A stretch of DNA of 48,631 nucleotides. Source: a virus. Numbering within the stretch: the first letter of the stretch is position 1; the number at the start of each line of letters is the position of its first letter. The notes below the pieces were generated by a model. It was not told the origin of the DNA, did not search any database, and worked only from the letters and a program-made list of their open reading frames with translations. Position numbers and translations under genes: made by a program. Location: IMG/VR virus record IMGVR_UViG_3300002175_000003, positions 1 to 48,631 of that record; one strand, 5' to 3'. Below are positions 32,945 through 42,369 of this stretch, piece after piece.

Positions 32945-33513
32945 TCATCGTCAATTGTACGCAGCGTTATTGTTGACCCCACGGCCGTCGATGAGCAGTT
33001 TTTGAGTGCCGTGCCGGTTCCGAGACGCATCTTTGTCTGGATTGTAATGGTACCAGCCGCAACAACGGCGAAGATGAATTGTGTGCCAACAGACGGCGGC
33101 GGCATGACATAAAGGACATTGTTAACATCTGCATTCGTCCATACGCCGTTGAGAAACCCCTGCTCCGGAGCGAGGAAGGCGGTCGTTTCATCGGACGAAA
33201 ATTCGCCGGCGGGCGCTGCGAGAAGACGGCGCCAAAGCGCTGGCGTTGCTGGCTTGAAATTGTCGTCAAGGCGGTCGTAGAGCCAGATCGTTCCTTCTCG
33301 CGCCCAGGAGTGCGGTGAGTCAGTTCGCAACCACACTGTATCGTTCCTGATTTTCGGCGGGGGCGGATCGCTACGGTGTACCCAGAGCCTGATGATTCCG
33401 GCTTCGAACAAACTCTGCACGACAAAATCGAGTCCAGGGATACGCACGAAGCGCTGCCCTTTGCCGTCATTGCGCAAGAGGGCCGGAAAATCAGTTTGTC
33501 GGGAGTAGGACAT
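32902..33513 (-). CDS. short tail fibre/spike protein (203 aa)
   Basis: N-terminal ~95 aa paralogous to the N-terminus of 27739..29070 (MSY..QTDF...PGLD...AG.I...V.R..PP....EG...L....PATP.L..RL). Confidence 0.6.
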   Translation of the reverse strand: MSYSRQTDFPALLRNDGKGQRFVRIPGLDFVVQSLFEAGIIRLWVHRSDPPPPKIRNDTVWLRTDSPHSWAREGTIWLYDRLDDNFKPATPALWRRLLAAPAGEFSSDETTAFLAPEQGFLNGVWTNADVNNVLYVMPPPSVGTQFIFAVVAAGTITIQTKMRLGTGTALKNCSSTAVGSTITLRTIDDEWFATAATGNWVLV

Positions 33514-33519
33514 GGGGCC

Positions 33520-34200
33520 TCACATCTTCACGCGGATCGTCGCGAGGTATGCATTTTGGAATGGCTGGGTTGCAAATCCGCCGATCACAATTCCACCAGA
33601 ATCGTGCTTCCACTCGATAGAGGTATCTAGTACCCATCCGTTCTGCATTCTCTGCAATGCACCTATGCCTGCACCGTATGAGAAGAGCCAGACATTCCTG
33701 CTCGCCGGCCCAAGAGTCGCCGAAACGTTATCCTGGTAGGTGGACGCAAAGATGTACGGCCGCGGCGGGCCGCCGGTCGATATGGCCGGTAGTGACGGCA
33801 TGCCATCGCGGAGCCGGAACCATTCAGCTATGCGATCCAGGTATGACTGGGGTACGCCCAGCGCATACCTTTGCTGAAGAGCCAGCGCGGTCCCGAGTGA
33901 GAGATTGCCGCTGGCGTTAACGCCTTGGACCGCGACTGTCTGCTCGACGAACCAAAACGTGTCGCGCCATGTGCCGTGATAGCCAACGTCAAAACCGGCA
34001 CGGATGCCGACCGTTGCGCCGGCCTGGAACGGGCTGGCTGCGCTGGCGGTCCCCCCGAGGCCCGCAAGTGACGCTCCGAAGAACCAGCCGCGAATTTCTG
34101 GGTACTGCGGCACGGCGGAGCGCGGTAGCGGCGTAAGGTCTGCTGCGGCCGCGGTGCTCGACAAGAACGCCGCAGCGATAAAAGTCGCAAGCTTGCGCAT
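33520..34200 (-). CDS. outer-membrane beta-barrel protein with signal peptide (Omp25/OmpW/Lom-like moron)
   Basis: MRKLATFIAAAFLSSTAAAADL signal peptide. Alternating aromatic/glycine beta-strand pattern. Confidence 0.6.
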   Translation of the reverse strand: MRKLATFIAAAFLSSTAAAADLTPLPRSAVPQYPEIRGWFFGASLAGLGGTASAASPFQAGATVGIRAGFDVGYHGTWRDTFWFVEQTVAVQGVNASGNLSLGTALALQQRYALGVPQSYLDRIAEWFRLRDGMPSLPAISTGGPPRPYIFASTYQDNVSATLGPASRNVWLFSYGAGIGALQRMQNGWVLDTSIEWKHDSGGIVIGGFATQPFQNAYLATIRVKM

Positions 34201-34391
34201 CAGAAAATCTCCTTCAACGTGCCATCTTTGCTCTTCGCCGGCGGGCTGTCGGCATCAAGGATGTCCGCCTTGGCGTGGTGCAACCTTGCGCGCGCTTGCA
34301 ATTTCGTTGCGGCGAGCCGGTGAGCCTCGGCGGTCATTGCACTCCGCTGTTCGCCCTTCTTTTTTACTGGCCGTTCGATTGTCTGCTTCAT
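34200..34391 (-). CDS. hypothetical basic protein (63 aa)
   Basis: ORF track; coupled starts and stops. Confidence 0.4.
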   Translation of the reverse strand: MKQTIERPVKKKGEQRSAMTAEAHRLAATKLQARARLHHAKADILDADSPPAKSKDGTLKEIF

Positions 34392-34648
34392 TTCGCGTCC
34401 TCCAGGATGTTTGCAACGGCGCCGACCGCCAGCATGGCCTTTTCGATTGCGGCAACAATTTCGAGAATCTTAGCACCGTTCGGAACGACCCAGTACGTTT
34501 GTTCGAGAATTGCACGAACGGTACGTACGGTCTCCAGCCAGTTTGCATCGGGGTTTGGTGTCAGGCTGATCTGTGACAATGCTTGCATCGCCTCGCGCAC
34601 CGCGCAAAGGTCGCCAGCATGGCTGCGTATCCATTCTTCATTCGTCAT
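34388..34648 (-). CDS. hypothetical protein (86 aa)
   Basis: ORF track; coupled starts and stops. Confidence 0.45.
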   Translation of the reverse strand: MTNEEWIRSHAGDLCAVREAMQALSQISLTPNPDANWLETVRTVRAILEQTYWVVPNGAKILEIVAAIEKAMLAVGAVANILEDAK

Positions 34649-35205
34649 GGCAGTTTGATCTGCATGAAACGACCGCCGAAATAGGCTTTGCTTTCCGACC
34701 GGGCGACGGATGCGTATTTCGGGTCAATTGTAAGTTGCCGTTCTTTTGGGTTCATCGCAGCGTAGATACGCTGAATTTCAGCGGCGTTCCGGCGAGCGAC
34801 GATCTGCGTCGCAAGTTTTGGCCGCCCCATTAAAACGAGCTTCGTGATCCTGCCGGTCTTGTCTGTTCCGGAAACCTTCCCTTCGAACTGACTGACGAGC
34901 CAAGGATCGTCAACCCGCATCCATCCTTTCATCAGAGCCTGCGCCATTTCTTGCGGCGTGTCGTTGATGATCCGGAAGTCATATCCGGGGTACCGCTCTC
35001 GGTGCGGAATGACGAGAGCCAGCGGCCGGTCGTAAGTGATATTTTCCGTTATCTGTTTTAAGTCGATTGGCTGGGCGAATGGCGACGGTCCGAGGTCTTC
35101 AACTTTTGGAATTTCGAACGGTGCCGGTGCGGATTCGGGAGCTTGCGGGGCGAGGTTTTGCGGCAAGCTCTGAAACGGGTTCGGGTTAGGTGCGAAGGGG
35201 TTCAT
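34645..35205 (-). CDS. hypothetical head-morphogenesis-associated protein (186 aa), P-rich N-terminus
   Basis: ORF track. Lies downstream of the scaffold-like gene. Confidence 0.5.
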   Translation of the reverse strand: MNPFAPNPNPFQSLPQNLAPQAPESAPAPFEIPKVEDLGPSPFAQPIDLKQITENITYDRPLALVIPHRERYPGYDFRIINDTPQEMAQALMKGWMRVDDPWLVSQFEGKVSGTDKTGRITKLVLMGRPKLATQIVARRNAAEIQRIYAAMNPKERQLTIDPKYASVARSESKAYFGGRFMQIKLP

Positions 35206-35843
35206 TTCTTGCTCCTATGCGCATTTGCCGACTGGACGAAGCGCTTCACGTAAGATTTACGCTGTTCGTCAGTGTAGTTTGACCCGAGCGCGGCTAGGTT
35301 CTTATTGAGGCGAGCGCGCAAATCAGGCGGGAGGTCTCGCCGGTCTTTCCACTCTGCGTTGCGACCGGCGGGGCGCTTGTCCACTTCGGGTGCGGGGTCG
35401 GCAGCTTTGCGGGCTTTTTTGGCGGGCTTCTTTTCTTCCTCGTCGTCTTCGGCTTCTTCCTCGTCGTCTTCGGCTTCTTCATCATCATCTTTCTTCTGCT
35501 TGGCGGGTGCGCCAAATTTTTCGTTGACCGCTTCCACAAGGGCGCTTGCGTATTCGGCTGCGCTTTCAAAGTCGTCAATCGACAGGACTTTTGCGTACTC
35601 ATTTGCCAAACGTAATTTTTCGGGGTGTTTTTCAATTCCCGGAGCAATGAGCTTTATTTCTTTTTTCACTTCCGCCGCGCCAAATTTCTGGGTCGCAGCG
35701 GGAGCTATCGCGTTTTCAAGTTGGCGAATTTGCTCGCTTATTTTCAAAGCGGCTTCCTTATCGCCTACCATTACGGCATCGTCGAATTGCGCCTGCAAGT
35801 TTGCCTTAACTTGCGATTTCATGATATCCTGAATGTCAACCAT
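35202..35843 (-). CDS. scaffolding-like protein (213 aa)
   Basis: Helical, highly charged. Acidic DDDEEAEDDEEEAEDDEEE tract encoded by a short tandem DNA repeat. Position between portal and head genes. Confidence 0.45.
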   Translation of the reverse strand: MVDIQDIMKSQVKANLQAQFDDAVMVGDKEAALKISEQIRQLENAIAPAATQKFGAAEVKKEIKLIAPGIEKHPEKLRLANEYAKVLSIDDFESAAEYASALVEAVNEKFGAPAKQKKDDDEEAEDDEEEAEDDEEEKKPAKKARKAADPAPEVDKRPAGRNAEWKDRRDLPPDLRARLNKNLAALGSNYTDEQRKSYVKRFVQSANAHRSKK

Positions 35844-35846
35844 ACG

Positions 35847-36341
35847 TCACCCGTGCAACTCGTTTGCCGTAATCCGTTCGCGGGGACCAGCATAATCGGC
35901 TTCTTTCTTTGTTGCGGGGACCGGGTCGGCTTCATCGTCGGTCCACTGGAGCTTGTCGACGTCGACGATTGACTCAAACTTGCCTGCTGGCCACCAGCCG
36001 ACAGCATCGCGATGGGTGGAGATATAGCGCCAGCCGCCGGTCGAGACCGTGGGGCCTTTAATCGCATGAAACTGGGTTCCGGCTCCCCATGTGTAAAGCA
36101 CCCAATCTCCGGCATGTACGGGATGTTGCTGGTACTCGCCATTCACGTTTTGATACGCGAATGCCAGCGGTCCTAAGCGCACGATTTTTCCGAATTGCGT
36201 ACTATGTTGCGCAAGCTCGCGAGCAATGTCCGGCATGATAAGCGACCCTAGTTTTTTCGACGGATAAGGGACGCGAATAAGAATCATGTCACGAACAGGT
36301 TGGATATGTTGATGGGGTAGCTCTATGTCATAAAGGGACAT
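35847..36341 (-). CDS. GroES/Cpn10-like protein (164 aa)
   Basis: The pattern I.P..D.ILI......KLGSLIMPD......G.IV..G......GD.V.Y parallels co-chaperonin GroES. Confidence 0.45.
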   Translation of the reverse strand: MSLYDIELPHQHIQPVRDMILIRVPYPSKKLGSLIMPDIARELAQHSTQFGKIVRLGPLAFAYQNVNGEYQQHPVHAGDWVLYTWGAGTQFHAIKGPTVSTGGWRYISTHRDAVGWWPAGKFESIVDVDKLQWTDDEADPVPATKKEADYAGPRERITANELHG

Positions 36342-38427
36342 TTTGTTGGTCTCCTAGGATTTGTTGGTCAGGGCTAGCAGGGAATTGCGGAGCAATCCAG
36401 GGGGCTGTTCCAGCAGGCGGAGCAATTGGTGGTACGATTGGCCCCGGCCTTGCAGGAGCGGGGCGAGCGGGGGAGAGCGGTCGCCCCATGTGTCCGCCGC
36501 TAAACGCTCCAGAAGGCATTGCAGGGCGCTGTGGAATACTTGCGTCACGGGGTGGTTGAGCCACTCCTCCACTTCCTCCTGGCTCACCCGTTTCAGTGGA
36601 ACCAGAGATAGCTGGCTTTGAAACTTCTCTGTCATTTTGTAGCCCCTCTATTATCTTTTGGAGTTGTTTCATTTGTTGTTCGCGTTGCTGAATGCCGGCA
36701 GCGTCTTGCTCGACTTTCGACAGGTTGACCAGAATTTCCGAAAGCTTGACGGCGGCTTCTGTATTGGCACGCTGCCTCGATGTACGCTCTTTCTCAAACT
36801 GGAGTTGCAGGTCTGCAGCGTCTGCGAGTGAGATAGGCGGCGGGGGAACAGGAGGTGGTAGCGGCGGTGCGATGAGTTTTTCCGGATCGGGGAGCCGCAT
36901 CGTCTGCAAGAACCGCAATGCGACTTCGCGTACGTTGAAAATAAGCGGCATTTGCAGCATGGATTGGTACAACGAAGCCATCGCAGCACGGTGCATTTCG
37001 GTGACCATATTCGGGTCGGCCGACACTGCAACATAGCCCACTGACCGCTGCCCAATTTCAGGCGGTAGCGCGTCGTATGCCCAAGCCATCATCCCGAAGC
37101 TTCGAAGTTCGCTCGTCACCGCAAAAATGATGCGGCGAAACACCGCGCCGGAGACCTCGGAACCGCTGTCAATAATCCCCCGCGCCAGTGTTGCTGACAT
37201 TGATGCGGGTGCGTTTTCAAGCATGTTGAGCGTGCCGGCAAGGCGGTCGCCGAGTGTTATGAGTTTGTCGAGCGTCTGGAACATGGCCGGCGTGACTTGC
37301 TTTTGTGGAAACGCCGAAAAAACTTCGCTGATCGGCCGGCCATCAGTCGGGATAGCGGTCACGCGATTCGATTTTAGTTCGATGTGCTCCGTTAGCCCCA
37401 TTCCGGAGCTTGCGTACACGCCGCCGTTTTCTGCGTTTGATTTTGCAACGTCGTCAATTGACGCCAGCATTCGGTTCGCCGAGCTTTCAGGCTGGTCAAG
37501 AAGCCACCCAAATCCGAACGGAAAGAACCCGCCATCAGGGTCCGGAATCATTTTGTAGGCATAGTATCTAACGAACGGATTGAAAGCAATGTCGTCATTA
37601 TTGACAATAACGGTTTTTTCCGACCAGCGCGGAAGCATCTTTATGACTTCCGGAACGTTGTCGTCGGCAACGGTGACGATCCATGGTTCATCAATGCCGT
37701 CGCCATCCATGTCAACCCACATATCGACTTCATAAAATAGCTTTAATTCTTGGGGGTCTTCAGTGTTAAAATCTGGGTTGTAGTCAACCCAATGACCCAA
37801 TGCGATTGACCGCTCTATCTCATACGGGTATTTTTCAAACTTGTGCGTAATGCGCGGAACGCGGTCGATTGATTTTGCACCCCTGTTTATAATGACTTCA
37901 TCGACTGTCAGAAATGTAGACCTGAATTCTTTCGCGTGCTCGTCGTACCAGCGTTTCCGCCACGAGAGACCGGTCACGGCCATATGCATGATAAGTGGGT
38001 CGGTGTCGGTCACCCATGCCTTGTCGACGCTGCGGAGTTGCGTCGAGAGCCATGCCGCCAGCGGTTCGGCGCCGGGTTCCGATGCATGAGCTAGGTCGGG
38101 TTCCGACAAGATGGCTTTCGTGGCGCGGGCGGTGAATTGAATGACCGCGCTTGTCGTGAGGCCGGTCCCTGGAGCGAAAGCGGGCTCGTTGCTGCCCTTC
38201 TGTTCGCGGTTCTGAGGTTCGTCCTTGTTCTTCCCGTCCCGGAAGTTGTCGAGGTACGCACGGGCATTGCCTTGCCACTCGCCCATGCTCTGTTCGTCGA
38301 GTCTGACGAGTTCGAGAATATGCTCGCCCAAAACCCGTCGATCGGATGCTTTCAACCTCTCTGCGAGGTTTCCGATCTTGCTGGGTTCGGCAACGTTGAA
38401 TTTTATGGCGGGGCTCTGGTATCGCAT
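36328..38427 (-). CDS. portal protein (699 aa)
   Basis: Size, position at the head of the scaffold block, and P-rich C-terminal tail. No family-specific motif verified. Confidence 0.6.
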   Translation of the reverse strand: MRYQSPAIKFNVAEPSKIGNLAERLKASDRRVLGEHILELVRLDEQSMGEWQGNARAYLDNFRDGKNKDEPQNREQKGSNEPAFAPGTGLTTSAVIQFTARATKAILSEPDLAHASEPGAEPLAAWLSTQLRSVDKAWVTDTDPLIMHMAVTGLSWRKRWYDEHAKEFRSTFLTVDEVIINRGAKSIDRVPRITHKFEKYPYEIERSIALGHWVDYNPDFNTEDPQELKLFYEVDMWVDMDGDGIDEPWIVTVADDNVPEVIKMLPRWSEKTVIVNNDDIAFNPFVRYYAYKMIPDPDGGFFPFGFGWLLDQPESSANRMLASIDDVAKSNAENGGVYASSGMGLTEHIELKSNRVTAIPTDGRPISEVFSAFPQKQVTPAMFQTLDKLITLGDRLAGTLNMLENAPASMSATLARGIIDSGSEVSGAVFRRIIFAVTSELRSFGMMAWAYDALPPEIGQRSVGYVAVSADPNMVTEMHRAAMASLYQSMLQMPLIFNVREVALRFLQTMRLPDPEKLIAPPLPPPVPPPPISLADAADLQLQFEKERTSRQRANTEAAVKLSEILVNLSKVEQDAAGIQQREQQMKQLQKIIEGLQNDREVSKPAISGSTETGEPGGSGGVAQPPRDASIPQRPAMPSGAFSGGHMGRPLSPARPAPARPGPIVPPIAPPAGTAPWIAPQFPASPDQQILGDQQNVPL

Positions 38428-38443
38428 GGCCTACCTCTGCACG

Positions 38444-38457
38444 AAGCGTACACACTT
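38444..38457. promoter_or_regulatory. AAGCGTACACACTT copy of the strand-switch motif
   Basis: Identical 14-mer to 44176-44189. In the divergent portal/capsid intergenic region. A TTGACG-N18-TAAAAA promoter-like pair lies downstream at 38474-38503. Confidence 0.6.
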
Positions 38458-38555
38458 TGTCAACGGCTGAATTTTGACGAGGTTACACCAAGCGTGGTAA
38501 AAAGATAAATCGACGTTCAACACGGCCCTGGAGGCCGCCACAGGGGAATCAAACC

Positions 38556-39482
38556 ATGGAAATTATTGACCGCTCGCGGCAGCCTTCGCAGTATTGGCCG
38601 GGGCTTTACGCACTTTTTGGGCTCGACTACGAGAGGCTTGAAAAAATCTACCCCAAGTTTTTTGAGCCGAAGACTTCGACGCGAGCGTTCGAAGAATTCA
38701 TGGTCGAACGTGCCGGTCTCGGGCTGGCGGTCCAGCAGGCTGAATTGGCGCCGGTTGAGTTTGACGGGCCGAATGAAGGCATCCGGACACAGGTCACTTT
38801 CGCTTCCTACGGGCTGGCGGTCGGCATTTCTCGCGAAGCGCAGGACGACAATCTGTATGAAGATGTCGGCGGCCGGTCGATGAAAGAATTGGCGTTTAGC
38901 GCGAAAGAAACGATGGAGTACATCGCTCACGCGCCACTTCAAGTTGCCGTTGATCCGATCAACGGTATTCGTGCCGACGGCGTGCCGCTCGGGTCGCCAA
39001 ATCACCCTACTGTTTCCGGACCGCAGTCAAACCTCTTGACCGCCGCCAATGTTTCCGAGCTTGCATTCGAAAATGCGGTAATCGCAATTGGCTACATGCG
39101 CAATTCGCGGTCGTTCTACATTAACGTTCGGCCGAAGCGCGTGATTCTCTCACCAGAAAGCGGCCCGGAAACCCGTCGCATTCTCGGTTCGCCGTTGCAG
39201 TGGAACAGCAGTAACAACAATATTAACGTTTTGCGTGCGACCGGCGCCCTTCCGGAAGTCGTCGAAACTCCGTATCTCGTCGATAAGGATGCTTATTTTA
39301 TCCAGACGACAATTCAGGATATGGACAACGGCGAAGGCTTCTGTTTCTGGGAGCGTTCCGCCCTTGAAACGCGGGAGGACACTAACTGGTCGAATCAGGC
39401 CAACCTTCTCGCGATATGGTTCCGCGTAGCTTCGTCGATAGTTGACTGGCGCAGCGTTTTTGTCTCGCCAGGCGCGTCCTGA
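38556..39482 (+). CDS. major capsid protein (308 aa)
   Basis: Size and overall HK97-like pattern. Followed by a strong terminator, as is typical of highly expressed capsid genes. Confidence 0.65.
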   Translation: MEIIDRSRQPSQYWPGLYALFGLDYERLEKIYPKFFEPKTSTRAFEEFMVERAGLGLAVQQAELAPVEFDGPNEGIRTQVTFASYGLAVGISREAQDDNLYEDVGGRSMKELAFSAKETMEYIAHAPLQVAVDPINGIRADGVPLGSPNHPTVSGPQSNLLTAANVSELAFENAVIAIGYMRNSRSFYINVRPKRVILSPESGPETRRILGSPLQWNSSNNNINVLRATGALPEVVETPYLVDKDAYFIQTTIQDMDNGEGFCFWERSALETREDTNWSNQANLLAIWFRVASSIVDWRSVFVSPGAS

Positions 39483-39560
39483 CGCGATATACTCGTGAGG
39501 AACGGTGTCGAGTCCGCCAATCTTATCGACATTGTTCGATAGCCTCCCAGTCCCCGACTT

Positions 39561-39586
39561 GCCCGGCCCTTGCGGCCGGGCTTTTT
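39561..39586 (+). terminator. Rho-independent terminator (plus strand)
   Basis: GCCCGGCC-CTTGC-GGCCGGGC followed by T5. Confidence 0.85.
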
Positions 39587-39603
39587 ACAGGTAGGATGGC
39601 GAC

Positions 39604-40122
39604 ATGAAACCGAAATTCAGTCGATTCACGGTCTGGGGGGCGTGCGCACGCTGCGGGGCTCGCGTCAGGTATGACACGCTGGCGCGTGAGCGATTGACCG
39701 GACTCCTCATGTGCACCCGTGCCAGCGGGCGCCCGGTCAACCCGTGTTTTGATCCGTGGCCGGAAGTGTTGGATTTCCAGTTGAAACCTGACCGGTCGAT
39801 TGAACCGCCGGCGGAACCCATGCCGGCACGCTGGGGTCTCGACACGCTCTGGTCTGGCGGCCAGCCGCAAGCCAAAGCACCCGCCGATGCTTTCCGCATT
39901 CAGAAATTTTTCGTTGTTCCTGGCGTGAATGCTCCCGAGCAGCCGCTTGATCTGCGCATACCGGTCCGGTCAAACCAAACGCCTAAAGGCGTTGCGTACA
40001 TCAACGCGCAAGAATATGATGGTACGTTTATTCCGTCCAATTCCGTCCGAACGGTCGTTCCGGAGAACCCCGCACCTTCTAACCTTGGCGCGCTCCCATG
40101 GGCCGTCGCAAAGGGGGTCTAA
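39604..40122 (+). CDS. hypothetical virion protein with Cys4 motif (172 aa)
   Basis: CARCG...C......C pattern. AGGATGG lies upstream of the ATG. Confidence 0.55.
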   Translation: MKPKFSRFTVWGACARCGARVRYDTLARERLTGLLMCTRASGRPVNPCFDPWPEVLDFQLKPDRSIEPPAEPMPARWGLDTLWSGGQPQAKAPADAFRIQKFFVVPGVNAPEQPLDLRIPVRSNQTPKGVAYINAQEYDGTFIPSNSVRTVVPENPAPSNLGALPWAVAKGV

Positions 40123-40806
40123 ATGACAACCGCGCTAAGCGTGATAAAGCAGGCATTGATTCTCTACGGAATTATCGACGAAGAAGAGGAACCGACCGCC
40201 GCAGACGTAGAGAAAAGCGTGCTGCTGCTCAACAACTTGTTGCGTGACGCCCACATGGATGCAGCGGCGCAATACTTGATGCGGCGAACGGAAACAATGA
40301 TTCCCCGCGGTCGCAACGGCCACACGTACACGTTTGTAATTGGGACTGCCAAACCTGAGTACCTTGTACAAAAAGATGCTGTTGGCGTTCGCATGATGTG
40401 GGCCGGCGACGTAGGCGTGAACATTCGCCGCGAGCTTCGCATTGCCCCAATCGTCGACATCATGCGGACGACGAACCTTGGCATTCCGACGAAATGGCAC
40501 CAAGAGCGGCAGATTGACGGCTCTATCCTCATATCGCTTTGGCAGCCTCCTGCGCAGCCGACACGCATCTTCATCGACTACGGAGCGCGGGTGAACCCAA
40601 TTACGGCCCCTGATGGCAGCGATGAAGTAGACCTTCCGCCCGAAGGAATTCATGATGTTGTCTACCTGCTCGGGCGCCGGCTGGCGACCAGTTACGGGCG
40701 CAACGCACAATCAATTGCCATCGCGCTTGCTGACAGTGAGGCCGTAAAAGCGCGCTGGGACAGCTGGTCGCGCGGTCAACAATGGTTGAGGTTCCTTCGT
40801 GGCTAA
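40123..40806 (+). CDS. hypothetical virion protein (227 aa)
   Basis: ORF track. Starts immediately after the previous stop. Confidence 0.55.
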   Translation: MTTALSVIKQALILYGIIDEEEEPTAADVEKSVLLLNNLLRDAHMDAAAQYLMRRTETMIPRGRNGHTYTFVIGTAKPEYLVQKDAVGVRMMWAGDVGVNIRRELRIAPIVDIMRTTNLGIPTKWHQERQIDGSILISLWQPPAQPTRIFIDYGARVNPITAPDGSDEVDLPPEGIHDVVYLLGRRLATSYGRNAQSIAIALADSEAVKARWDSWSRGQQWLRFLRG

Positions 40807-42226
40807 TTTGCTTACCCTCGGGTCTTTCACAGACCCGTTAAACCAGGATATGGGCGCTTCCAAGCTCACGAACGTGCGCGCGGTCGTTCGCCGTCAAGAA
40901 GAAGGCAGGACGGCCATTGTCCGTCTTGTCGGAACGCCTGGTCTTGTAGAGATTTGCAAGCCTTCGGATGCTGAATGCATTACGCTCCGCCACGCGCTTA
41001 AAACGATTTGGGCTGGCTACTCTGACGGTTCCATCTACCACGGGGTAGAAACCGACACGCCTACGTATGCGGGGAAAGTGACCGTCAACCCTGATTACCC
41101 TGTCATCCGGATGGCCGAAGACCGGGTGGCTCTCGTTATTGCGTCGAATGGCACCGAAGCCGGCGGGACAGGCTCGGGCTACACAGCGACGCAAGCGACT
41201 GGAGTCGTCAATGCTAATTTGCAAACCACGATTGAGTTTGATCCGTCATCGGTTTGCGTGACGGACAACATTACGATCTGGGCCGGCGGCTCCGACACCT
41301 ACGCCAATAAATCCAGCACGATGTATTCGTCTGTGCCGCTTGATCCGGCGAACGTACCGGCAAATAGCTACGCGACAAAAGAAGCACGCGCTGACCCCGT
41401 ACTCGACGTTGTTACAACCGTACGCAATTTCTGGCCATTCGGCACTCGGTCGATTGAGCAATGGTACGCAGCCGGCGGTACCGCCGATTTCCCGTTCGTA
41501 ACCTATACAAATACGATGCTCGATGTTGGGCTCGCCGCTCGGCGTACGTTGGCATGGGTGCATGGCAAGATATGCTGGGTAGGTACCGACCGCCGGGTGT
41601 GGATCGGGGCGGCCCAAGACGGGCAGCCGATTTCGCCGCCATGGGTCGACTTGATGCTTCAACAGGTTGACTTGCAAAAATTAACGGCATTTTTGCATTC
41701 GCAAGGTGGCGATGAATTTTATGTGCTGACGTACGAAAATGAGTGGACAATCGAGCTTGCCATCTCAACAATGCTCTGGAATTTCCGCACGACCCCCGGT
41801 CGCAAGGATTTCGCCGGTCGTTGCGCGGCAGAAATTGGCGGGGGTGTTGAATTGATCGGACTCGCGACCGGCGAAGTGTGCCGCGTTGATCTCACAACCG
41901 CGTACGAGCCAGCCGGGGTCATCGAGCGGGAAATTATCACTGCGTGGATTGGGCAGCAGGAGACGCGGCATGTCGTGGATGAGGTGCAGTGGACTTCTTA
42001 TCTACAGTCACCAGAAGCGGGCACGATGCTGTTCGATTGGTCGCAGGATGGCCGCAAGACCTGGAAGGGCTTACGCACGATTGCATTTCCGGCCCAAGGC
42101 CACCGGAGAGCCATCGCACGTTGCCTAGGTTCGTCCCGTCGGCGCCAACTGCGATTCAGGTACGCTGGGACTTCGGCGCCGTTCGCGGTCGACGAGCTAT
42201 TTGCTGTCGGATCGGATGGGAGCTAG
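40799..42226 (+). CDS. hypothetical virion protein (475 aa)
   Basis: GTG start overlapping the previous gene end. High GC3. Confidence 0.55.
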   Translation: MANLLTLGSFTDPLNQDMGASKLTNVRAVVRRQEEGRTAIVRLVGTPGLVEICKPSDAECITLRHALKTIWAGYSDGSIYHGVETDTPTYAGKVTVNPDYPVIRMAEDRVALVIASNGTEAGGTGSGYTATQATGVVNANLQTTIEFDPSSVCVTDNITIWAGGSDTYANKSSTMYSSVPLDPANVPANSYATKEARADPVLDVVTTVRNFWPFGTRSIEQWYAAGGTADFPFVTYTNTMLDVGLAARRTLAWVHGKICWVGTDRRVWIGAAQDGQPISPPWVDLMLQQVDLQKLTAFLHSQGGDEFYVLTYENEWTIELAISTMLWNFRTTPGRKDFAGRCAAEIGGGVELIGLATGEVCRVDLTTAYEPAGVIEREIITAWIGQQETRHVVDEVQWTSYLQSPEAGTMLFDWSQDGRKTWKGLRTIAFPAQGHRRAIARCLGSSRRRQLRFRYAGTSAPFAVDELFAVGSDGS

Positions 42227-42369
42227 CCATGGCCATGCAAACGGTTGCGGCGGAAACAAAAACGGAGAAAGAGGAGCGACCGGCGCTGGGTCTTTCGGCC
42301 AGTCACAAGGACGTCCCCGCGGTAGCGGGCATACGTCACGGTCGCTCAGTTCCTTTCCACACGCGCACT

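Noticed and set aside
38454-38460. TTGACA on the minus strand as the -35 element of a portal promoter
   Set aside because: It lies only about 27-32 nt from the portal ATG and no acceptable -10 follows at 16-19 nt spacing.
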